DNA from: Paraspadella gotoi
Lineage: Eukaryota > Animalia > Chaetognatha
Reading direction: 5' to 3'
Assembly (NCBI GenBank): GCA_051294375.1
Contig: CM119266.1
Span: forward strand, 11,819,180-11,883,179
Length of the DNA: 64,000 nucleotides
In this document: piece after piece, positions 50,001-59,832 of the stretch
Numbering within the stretch: position 1 is the first letter of the stretch
Layout: the number at the start of each line of letters is the position of its first letter
The notes under the pieces: model-generated
The model's input: the letters and a program-made list of their open reading frames with translations, nothing else
Told to the model about the DNA's origin: nothing
The model's database searches: none
Made by a program: the position numbers and the translations under genes

Positions 50001-51234
50001 GAATTCCGCAGATTTTTTGCTCGTGTCGCTGTGGATCCCAAGCGCGTAATCTGTCATGGAGCAGACCGAGCGATGGAGTTTTTAAATATATTTTTGTTAG
50101 TTTATTTTTTTTTTCCACAATTTATTTTGGTCAAAGATTAATAAATCGGAACGCTGGAGAACTATTGCAAATTAGACAGACCAGACAAACAAAAACAAGT
50201 GACTTTCTTTTCACGTGTATTTATATCTCGCATCTTGTCTTTTATTCTTTAAGGATTTCCTGAAAACGATGCTCACAGTCACTTAGATTTGAGGTTTTTT
50301 CCTATCATATCAAATGAGCAATCAACTATAGACGAATTATATGCATTTTTAACGTCAGACATACCGACCGACCGACCGACCGAAAAGGGACTTATAGAGT
50401 TAAAAATAAAACGGACAGAAAATCAGACTAACTGTCCGAAAGAGAGACAACGAAGCTCAGAAATCAGATTGGCAGACACATTTCCTAACCCTGAAACGGC
50501 ACGACTAAATTTTTGGCGTCGGGATCAAACTTCTCTCGATTTCTGACTTGATAATTGAAGCACTTGACGAAGGCGGCGCCGGTGTGTCGCTTGATGCACT
50601 CTTCGATTTCCGGGTAGTAAATCTCCTCCACCTTCGCTCGATCCCCGTAGAAATCCTCAGTTTTGAGAGCCGTGGGAAAGTCGACCATCGTGAAGGAGTT
50701 TTCGTCGAACTCCATCGGGTGGGCGCGGGCGTCTTTTATGGTGACTTCCTGGGAGGGGTTATGAATTAGGAAATGGACAAATTATTAAAACGATATTTTA
50801 AAAATTCAAAAGGATTCTTAATTTTAAAATAATTTCTCGCATCCTTCCATTCCGTGTTTACTGACTAAAACAATTAATTTCAGGCTCACCTTCGGGACGA
50901 TTGTGCCACCAAACTGTGGCTTACCGGCGTCCGTCCCTTGTCGCGGGTAACCATAGTAGAAGATAGGAACTCCGTCGTTTACGCTGTAGTTTAGGGTTGC
51001 CACGACATCGTCAGATGGCACTGCATCGTTGGTGGTTGCGGCGTCCGGGACAAGCGCAGCATCAGAAGGCGCAGCATCAGAAGGCGCAGCATCAGAAGGC
51101 GCAGCGTCACTGGATGGCGCTGCGTCGTTGGAAAGCACCGACTGGTCGGAAAGGGCGGCGTCCTTAGAGAGCGGAGAGTCGTCGGAGCGCACGGCCTCGG
51201 GAGAGGGCGCGTTGCCGTTGTCGGTCGACGTCAT
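47007..51234 (-). CDS. AsaB/CmcJ/NvfI-family oxygenase, paralog A, about 398 aa. Exons 51234-50890, 50748-50490, 50050-49845, 47393-47007.
   Basis: Family motifs in order: ATLNY, V.I.DAR, F.MVDFPT, YYPEIEECIK..TGA..V..F.YQVR, IHSD, YMNAWRNI, LAMLD..S, HRWFYYP...DEVILFKQFDS, FHTAFEDP, RQSIEVR. Intron phases 0,1,0. Confidence 0.85.
47943..49397 (+). CDS. Divergent RNA-binding protein with three RRM-like domains, about 363 aa. Exons at about 47943-48173 and 48537-49397, nested in intron 3 of oxygenase A.
   Basis: RNP2-like starts KLVVSDLP..TRPTDVIHHFSRFGKV, CFVSGIPRNL and LLIQGLPENITNELLGVVFGQYGQI. Junction aag|gtaagt to ttccag|atc is in phase 0. The start codon is uncertain. Confidence 0.7.
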
Positions 51235-52006
51235 TGGAAAAGATCGCGGAGGGGTCGCGTAAACTTGAGAAGAGTGAGATTCAAAAAAATTTAGTCGGAA
51301 TTATTATATATATATAGCGCGACCTCGAGTTTCAATTAGGAAAAAAAAAAGACTAACTTGTCTTCGAGTCAGGAATATGAGAGAGAGAAATCGTATTCAG
51401 ATCAGTCCGACACTCGATTCTTTGAATGGTTCTAGCTCGTCTCTGTTTTGTTCAGCCTAAAAATCTCAGCAGTGGATTCGTTCCGCTCGGAAGGTTTTTT
51501 TTTTTAATTCAAGTACGATTTTCAATTTATTACGAAAAACAGGTTTTGAACTATTCTCACTTATATTCGCGAAGAAATGAGCATAAATTAAAATTATGGA
51601 GTTTTTAATGCCAAAAACCTGTTACATAGACAATTTTTTGCAGTTTTTTTTAAGTACATATAATTAAGGTAGTCTGCAGTATGCACAAAAAATATTTACC
51701 GTGCAGAAATATTACTATTTACCCATATGCCAAATTTTCAACCAATTGTAATTCCGAATAATGTTTTACACCGTATTTTCTTTAATTATGGCAATACATA
51801 ATGAAATAGAGAGAAAAAAGAGAAAATAGATTATTTCGCATTTCAGAAATGCATCGTCTATATTTCCATTTAAGGCCACAGAAGAACCGACACATACGTT
51901 AGCAGGCAAATCATGATAATTATACCAATTCTTACGAAGATTGATGTTGCAACAGTAAATTAAAACTGCAACATGATAGGTAAGCAAACCATCACTACGT
52001 ATGTGG

Positions 52007-52370
52007 ATTGAACATCACCTAGAAAATCCTTACAAGGAGCTCCTGATTTAGCTTGCCTTGATTGATTTTTCCCAGGATTGATATCACCACTAAAAAACTG
52101 CCACATCTTATAAGCAAGCAAATCGTCTCGACGATCTGGACATTGAACATTCCCTAAAAAATCCTTGGCAAGCAGCTTCTCGTTTTGCTTACCTGGATTT
52201 TTTTCACCACTATTAAGACACCACATCTATAAGCAAGCAAATCGTCTCGACGATCTGGACATTGTACATTCCCTAAAAAATCCTTGGCAAGCAGCTTCTC
52301 GTTTTGCTTACCAAGATTGCCACCGGCCACTGTAAAGCTGCCGCATCGGTAAGCAAGAAAATCCTCGGTT
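52007..52370. repeat. Tandem repeat with a unit of about 120 bp, about 3 copies, overlapping the 3' end of oxygenase B
   Basis: aagcaagcaaatcgtctcgacgatctggacattg.acattccctaaaaaatccttggcaagcagcttctcgttttgcttacc occurs at about 52111 and about 52231, with degenerate partial copies on both sides. Confidence 0.85.
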
Positions 52371-53761
52371 CGACCTTCGGTAAGAAATTTCGGATTTTCC
52401 CTCTTCTCAGATTCCTTCTCTTCTTCGTGGAGATCGAGGCTCGATTCCGACCCCGGGAAAAACGCCAGCGCCCGAACATCGATGGATTCTCTCAGAGGCG
52501 GCACTGCCGCGTCGGCGCCATCGGCGCGGCTGAAGGAGGTGTGGAAACAGGTTCTCGTCGGCGCGGAAGGATCGGAATCCCACTGCTTGAAGATCAAGAC
52601 TTCGTTCTTGGTCATTCGAGGAAAATAGAACCATCGATGGTCGGCGTTGTTCCGTTGGTTGAGAACGAAGGTCTTCTCCTTGAACTTGAAATCGTGCTCA
52701 GGATCGTAGCCGTAGTATTCGTTGTCGATGAAGTCCTGAGAAAGTTTAAAACGTCACTACTATTCCAGTCTCTCTCTCTCTCTCTCTCCACTCTTTCTTT
52801 CACACCTCCGATCCCTTCAACGAATTCGGATCGAGGATGGCCAAGTTGTAATCTTCGATGGGATCGTCGGAGATATTCCTCCAAGCGTTTATGTAGACGA
52901 ACCTCCCTCGTTGGAATCGCTCGTCCAGATCTTCGGAAAGACAGGAAAATAGGGCGCGAGCTCCTTCGGGTCCCGTGTCCGTGTGAATTCCGTTGGCGTA
53001 ATCTGTAAGAAGAATGAGTCAGAGAGTGAAACAGAGATAGAATAAACAATTAAATATACTTATAATAAAGACACATCAAGGCAAAGAGAAACGGACTGAC
53101 TAATGGATAATGCCTAGAGAAGGAAAGTAGCAGAGAGAAACCCACACCATCACGACCCTCAAAACTCAACTAAGAAGAAACAAGCCAGCTTGGGAAACAC
53201 AGCGGCACACCTTTTACGAAATGGTTGTCAGCGTCGGGATCGAACTTGACCGGATTCCTGACGATGTAGTTGAAGCACTTGACGATCTCCGCCCCCGTGT
53301 GCCGTTTGATGCATTCTTCCATCTCGCGGTAATAATCGGCAAGGATCTTGGACCGATCGCCGTAGAAGTCTTCCTTCTCGAAGGTCGTAGGGAAGTCGAC
53401 CAATTCGAACCCGTGGGTCTTGAATTTAATGTCGGCGCCGCGACCATCGTTGACCAGCACTTCCTGGGATCGAAAAAAAAAAGAGAGGTAGAAAAAAATC
53501 TTAAAATAAACATTTTGCGATCGGTACGAATTCAACAAAAACATAAAAAAAAATTTATTTTAGCATAAAAACAAGCTAATGAAAGCGACAAGCTCATAAC
53601 GCGTATGTAACTCGCACACATCCTACTAAAAATGCTCTCACCTTTGCCACGACGTTTCCCCCGCTTCGCTCTTGCCCTTCTTCATCGTAACCGAACCGGA
53701 AGTGGGCGCGTCCCTCGTCCAACGCGTAGTTTAGCGAAGCTTTGACGTCTTGAGGTGCCAT
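52154..53761 (-). CDS. AsaB/CmcJ/NvfI-family oxygenase, paralog B. Exons 53761-53642, 53463-53211, 53002-52806, 52735-52154.
   Basis: Motifs ASLNY, HGFELVDFPT, YYREMEECIKRHTGA, IHTD, YINAWRNI, HRWFYFPRMTKNEVLIFKQWDS, FHTSF, RESIDVR. Same three intron positions as paralog A. Confidence 0.85.
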
Positions 53762-54006
53762 CGTTTTAAACAATGCGACAAAAACTATCTGCACGTAGAT
53801 ATTATTTGAATTGAGCCCCGAGATAAATTATCCAGTTGAACGAGTCGTATGGAAGGAATGGAACGATTAATACAGGTTTTTGTTTGATATTTCGTTTCGT
53901 AAACTGGATTTTTTATTAATTCTTCTGGATTTCGTTTCAGATACTAGACCGTAAATTTTGGCGTAGATAGAGTGGACCGTGAGAGACTTGTTAAAGCATA
54001 ACGAAT

Positions 54007-54300
54007 AATTAAACAGACTAATCAGAATATTTTTTTTGTTATTAGTAAAGGGAGAAGTCGTATCTAGACTGAATCTGGCCCTGCAAAATTAGAGAGAGAG
54101 AGAAAGAGAGAGAGAATTACGTAACTTAAAAAATAACAAATAATCAAACAAACTAATCAGAGAGAGAGAGAGAGAGTTACGTAACAAATAATCAAACAAA
54201 TTAATCAGAATATTTTTTTAAATTAATAAAGGGAGAAGTATCTTGGCTGAATCTGGCCCTGCAAAATCAGAGAGGGAGAAAGAGAGAGAGAGAATTGAAT
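54007..54300. repeat. Local tandem duplication (period about 180 bp) in the spacer between paralogs B and C
   Basis: taatcagaatattttttt...taaagggagaagt...ctgaatctggccctgcaaaat.agagag occurs twice (about 54020 and about 54202). Confidence 0.75.
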
Positions 54301-54612
54301 TGAATTGTATTAAAGAAACGGGCTTTGGGCTAGAGAGAGAGAATAACGTAATTTTAAGCCTGAAGGTGATGACTGTCGGAAAAATCTTATAGTGAATTAA
54401 AAAAAAACACTTTTTTCGGAGTTTAGATGTAATCAAATTAAGTCATCGCATTATACTTAATTTCTTGAAATATTAAACGTCGAGGTGAAGCGTCAAAAAA
54501 GAATAACATTGGCGAAAAAATTCAAAAGAAACAAAATTTCAATTTTAATTTCATTTTATTCTTATTATTGGTTATAAAGCTCCAAGCATAAAATGTCTAT
54601 TTCTCCTCGTCT

Positions 54613-56468
54613 TCACTTTCCCCTCCACGCCCGCCAACCCAATGCCAAAGCCCCGATGAAAGCCCCCATCCCTAGCAACGTCAGCGCCTTCTTCGTCCGG
54701 CTCTGCGACCAATTCTCCGCGAAATCAAAGGCCCGCACTTTGGCGCGGACCCAACGGATCCTCCAAGCGCTTGGGCACGTGTTGGGTTCGTGGTCGGGAA
54801 AGAAGGCGATCGAGCGCACCTCGATGGACTGGCGGACGGGCGAGTCAGTCGTGACCAGAGGGTTTTCGAAACTGGTGTGGAATACGGTCGGCTTCGGCTG
54901 CTCGGGGTCAGAGTCGAACTGCTTGAAGAGGAGTATCTCGCTCTTTTTCATTAGCGGAAAGTAATACCAGGCGTGGCGGGCGCTGTTCTTTTCGTTCAGG
55001 TGAAAACTGTTCATGTAAAAATAGGATTGTTTCTCCGCGTCGTAGCCGTAAACGGTGCAGTCGATGTAGTCCTTGGGTGGTTGTGGTGATATGAAGTGGA
55101 AATGATGAAGACAAAGGGGAAAAAGGAAATACGGACAGAAGGAAAGAAAGAGGAAAAATAAATAAAGAAATAAATAAATAAAGAAAAACAAGAAAAAAAG
55201 AAAAAAAGAAAGCAAGAAAGAAAAATGCAAGAGAGAAAGACTTTGAAAAAATATTTAAAAAGTTCAAAATCTAACTCACGAGGATAACAGTTTTCCGATA
55301 TTACTTTTAACTCTAAATGATCATAATGAAAAGCTGCTTCACACCTCTGAACCGAATCCCGGGGTGAGGGAAGCGTGGTCAAGCACGGCGAGAGGGTTGT
55401 TCTCAACCGGATCGTCCGAGATGTTTCGCCAAGCATTAATGTAGACGTACCTCCCTCTAGCGCAACATGGCTGCTGATCCTCGAGCGCTCTTGCAAAGTA
55501 AAAGATAGAGTTCTCCGGGGTGACATCCGCGTGAACACGGTAAGAATAGTCTGTGAAGAGTAGCGAAATAGTGAAAATAGCTAAAGATATGGAAGATTCT
55601 TAATATTACCAATAAAAAGCTGATATTGTGGGGGTATTTTCACACCGCCTCACATCCACCATCGTTCAGCCAATATTATTGGTTCGGAGGGGGAACGCAC
55701 CATCCCAAGCGTTGCGTTCCCTCCACAGTCCTAACGACTTCCTTCAGCGTTGGCAAAGCGAGACCGTTCTAGGGTAATTGCGCCAGTGACTGGAGGCGTC
55801 ACTGAGGGTCGGAAGCCCCCAAAGCAAACAGTGAGATGCCCCATCCAAATGGGCATCACAGGTAACCCGGCTGTTGCCATGATATGATTAATTCTGCTCT
55901 TATTCTTACCGACGATCGAAAAGTCTTTCTCATTATTTTTCCTTTGACTGTTTTTGTTTTTGTTCCTGACTTGGTGATCAAAGCACTTTACAAACTTTGC
56001 GCCTGTGTATTTTTTAACGCACTCCTCAATTTCTTTATAGTAGGTTTTTACAATCTCATCGCTATTGGTGTAAAACTTTTCTGTCTTCCATGACGTTTCG
56101 AAATTGACCAGTTGGAAGCCAAAAGTGTCCAGTGTCGCGTCAATCACACGACCATCTCTAATGAGTACATCCTGCGTGAAAGATCAATATTTATATATAC
56201 GTATAATATACTATCCTTTTGGTGAAATCGGATGACAGTTCAGATTCAAATTAGTAAAATCAAATTTTACTACCCCCGAACTACCATTCTTAATTGAAAC
56301 TCACCAGACTTGAACTGATCCATTTGTAAACCTTACCTTAGCCACTTGCAATCCACCCTCATCAATCTCGTCTCGCTTTTTGTCCTCCCGGGGGATAGAG
56401 TAGATAAAGGGGGGCGGTCCTTCCGCCGAATCGTACACCAATTTTGTCCACACATCGTGAGGAGACAT
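54613..56468 (-). CDS. AsaB/CmcJ/NvfI-family oxygenase, paralog C, about 352 aa, with a C-terminal TM tail. Exons 56468-56337, 56171-55910, 55550-55345, 55071-54613.
   Basis: Motifs TLDTFGFQLV, YYKEIEECVKKYTGA, VHAD, YINAWRNI, PLAVLD, HAWYYFP, FHTSF, RQSIEVR. Ends ALTLLGMGAFIGALALGWRAWRGK. Confidence 0.87.
55627..55881 (+). mobile_element. Element R2 copy 2, in intron 2 of oxygenase C, flanked by ATAT
   Basis: Inverted copy of 41580-41835. ATAT lies at 55623-55626 and 55882-55885. Confidence 0.75.
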
Positions 56469-57063
56469 TGTGAATTAATAATGTCATTAAAAATAAACCT
56501 TTGTAAACTACTAACTAGAAAATTCTTGTTAATGAACAGAGATTTAAATACAAAACTCAAGTACACAAGGATTTACAACTCTGTAGTTATTTCAGTAAAT
56601 CATTCAAAAGGATTTGGTTGTTGATGAGCCAGATTATATTTTAAGGATTTTAATGTAATGTCTGTCTAATTATATTGACTTGATTATTATTTTTCTTTCA
56701 CTAAAATTAGAGCCGTGAAGCAAAACAAAATAACCACCGGGTTTAAACTTTAAAGTCATTTGAAGTCGTTATTTCGTTGTGTGAGTTGTTTTTCACAATA
56801 TTAGCTATTAAATACGTACATACGTAATGTAATCGACAGAATCAACAATGTAAAAAAGATAAAAATAAAAAAATAATTGAATTCAAATCACAATTCAAAC
56901 ACCAAAAATAAGTAAATAGTACAAAGCTCAAGTTAAAAAAAAGCTTAGGTTGCATCATTTAGCAAAGGCATTTAGCACGTGCAATGTTATGCTATATTAG
57001 ACTCAAATTAGACCAAAATATTCTTTTTTTTCCATGACAGTAAGTTCATGATCAAACGGGATC

Positions 57064-59290
57064 TCAACGCTTCCTAAGGGCCGACCATCCCCAAGCCGAA
57101 GCCCCGATCAAAACCCCAAGCCCCAGCAGCAGCAGCCCCGCGTTCGTTCGTCCCCGCCCCAGCCTCCCCAAAATTTCAACGGCCCGCACCTTGGCGCCGA
57201 CCCAGCGGACTTTCCAGGCGCTCGGGCACGTGTCGGGCGCGTGATCGGGAAAGAAGGCGATGGCTCGGACCTCGATGGACTGGCGCGGCGGGGAAGTGGG
57301 CGTGGCCAAGGGATTGTCGAAGCATGTGTGGAACCCGATCCGGGCGGGACGCTCGGGGTCGGAGTCCCACTGTTTGAAGAGCAACACTTCGTCCTTTTTC
57401 ATTCGCGGAAAATAATACCAGGCGTGACGGGTGCTGTTCTTTTCGTTGAGGTGAAAGTTGCTCACGTGGAAATTGGCATCACGTTCTGGGTCGTAACCGT
57501 AAAAGTCGCCACCGATGTAGTCCTTAAATTTAGTATTAGCGTTAAGACAGAAAGAGAGAAAACAAGGAAACAAGCAATCAATCAAGGAAAAAAATTTCTG
57601 AAAATTATAAAAAAGGGAAAAAACAAGGAATGATAAAAAACTTAAAAAGAGAGAAAAACAAAGAGAAAATGAAAGAAACAAAAGGAAAAACAAAGAAAGA
57701 CATGCAAAAAGAGAAAAAAGAAAGAAAGAAAGAAAGAAAGAAAATTATTGACTATTGACAAACTTTGTTCGTCCGTTCGTTTCACTCTTAGTTTGTTTCA
57801 TTAAAAAAAAATAAATAACATGCCGATTAATTTAACGATAACTGTAATGTGAACCGACCTCTGAACCGATTCCCGGCGTGAGCGAAGTGTGGTCGAGCAC
57901 AGCCAGAGGGTGGTTCTCGATCGGCTCGTCGGTGATGTTCCGCCAGGCGTTGAGAAAAAGGAACCTCCCGTGAGCGCAGCGAGGATCCTGGTCTTGGAGC
58001 GCTTGAGCGAAGTAGAAGACGGCGTTCTCGGGCGTCGTGTCGCAGTGAATGCGGTAGGCGTAATCTGTAATCGTGAAAATAGATGGAGATTTCGAGTCTT
58101 TGTGCGTTTAGGCGTTTTGGGAAAACATTACTTGTTCCGATTACGATAAAATAGGTGGGAAAAATGCATCTACTGAGGCGAACTTACCACCGGAATTTTA
58201 CCGTGGCTTGGAGTCGAAAACCTTAACCTTTCCTGCATAAAAGGAGAGGCTTGGAAATTTTGGAACTCGATACTTTGAAGCTTTGAAAATAGTTATTATG
58301 AAATTGGTACAACAAATATAAAAATTATCCATTCATTTAATAAATAAGCTATCTTGCCCCTGACTTTGGACAGGCTTTGGTGGTTTAAGGCCTCCATCAC
58401 TCTTACAATATAATATGATGTAACTTAACTAAGACCAAAATACCTTAGAAATTAAAAAATGGCAATGAGGTCGGTTTTTTAACCAAATATTATTTTAAGA
58501 AATTGTTACTGCCAAAAAATTGAAAAAACGCGGTAGATAAAAAAAAAAACTTCGTTAAAATCTATGATATAGATTATAGAAATCAGTTTTAGGTCCGGAA
58601 AGATTTTCCGCAGGAATAAAAGAGAACTCACCAATGATCGAAGTGTCTTTCTCGTTGTTTTCCTTTTGACTGTTTCTCGTTTTGTTTCTGACTTGATGAT
58701 TAAAACATTTGACAAACTCCGCTCCCGTGAACTTCTTGACGCACTCCTCGATCTCTTTGTAGTAATCGTCGACGATCTTCTCTCGATCCTCGTAGAAGTC
58801 CTCCGTCCTTAACGCCGTCTCGAAATCGACCAGTTGAAAGCCAAATCCATCCAGCGTCGCGTCCACCTGGCGGGCGTCTCTAATGAGGACGTCCTGCGTT
58901 AGATGTTAAAAGGACGCGAGGATTTATCAAAATATATAACAACGGACCGGGTCAGACATTTCATATTTAATATATCAGTTCTGTATGAAAGTCAAAAATT
59001 ATTAATACTTTCAAACGTCGAAATACTTTGATATTAAGGTAGAAAGTCAAATTAAAGTTCATCTAAAAAGATTTAAAAGGCGAATTTTTTTCACATTAGG
59101 AATCATCATTACAATCAATCAATCAATCAATCAACCATTACCCTACCTCGAAAATCTTACCTTTGCCACTTGAAGTCCACCTTCATCGATCTTGTCCCGA
59201 CTTTTGCGCTTCCCGCGGAATGGAGTAGATAAAGGGGCGAGCGCCCCGCTTCGAATCGTACACCAATTAGCCGTACGTTGTTCGGGACAT
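57064..59290 (-). CDS. AsaB/CmcJ/NvfI-family oxygenase, paralog D, with a C-terminal TM tail. Exons 59290-59161 (frame-disrupted as assembled), 58893-58632, 58064-57859, 57522-57064.
   Basis: Exons 2-4 are intact and have the same lengths as in paralog C (262, 206, 459 nt). Motifs IHCD, FLNAWRNI, FHTCF, RQSIEVR. Ends AGLLLLGLGVLIGASAWGWSALRKR. Exon 1 aligns to exon 1 of C but has several 1-nt indels. Confidence 0.78.
58297..58408. repeat. Repeat family R1, copy 4 (partial), in intron 2 of oxygenase D
   Basis: Near-identical to 45790-45899. Confidence 0.85.
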
Positions 59291-59727
59291 TTCGATAGTA
59301 CAGATGATTTATTCTTATATTGGTACGGTTGTTCAGTCTAACGGGTTGTAAAAGAATTTGTACGAAAGTCGTTTTTTAAAATGATGTACAGCAAACGTAT
59401 GACTGAATCCAAATTAATTAAACTATTACGATTAATCGTAAAAATATAAATGTCAAAATTAATTTGTGGATAAACCGAAGAAAAGAAAAATTCGATTTGT
59501 TTAACACTTCGTCAGACTTCAGATCTGTCAGTGTGGGATCGAATCAAATTGAAAGAGAAAGAAACAAGTTTGAAAAGGTTAGTCTGCGATTAAAAAAGTT
59601 AAAAACGCATATATAAAACTTCGAGGACGGAAACTATTTTTCGTATTTGATTTTTGTGCCACAAAAGTCTTGGCGGAAAAAATCAGACTGGGTTTTAAAT
59701 CTGAAAGTCCAAAGTCTAAACGTAGAT

Positions 59728-59733
59728 TCTCCT

Positions 59734-59769
<36 letters not shown>

Positions 59770-59795
59770 CTCTCTTTCTCTCTCTCTCTCCTCTC

Positions 59796-59832
<37 letters not shown>

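Noticed and set aside
52007-52370. CRISPR-like array
   Set aside because: The context is eukaryotic, the units are ~120-bp tandem copies without unique spacers, and there are no cas genes.
55731-55909. Apparent C-terminal extension of ORF 55731-56147 and the similar ORF 41547-41777
   Set aside because: These are read-through into repeat element R2 within introns, not protein-coding sequence.
47007-59290. Oxygenase array as bacterial or fungal contamination
   Set aside because: The genes have AT-rich host-style introns, share repeats R1 and R2 with mesh introns, contain a nested RRM gene, and are contiguous with mesh without a gap.
47007-59290. Calling the array methyltransferases (a common legacy label for CmcJ-like proteins)
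   Set aside because: There is no SAM-binding GxGxG motif. The conserved HxD...H...R pattern indicates Fe-dependent oxygenases.
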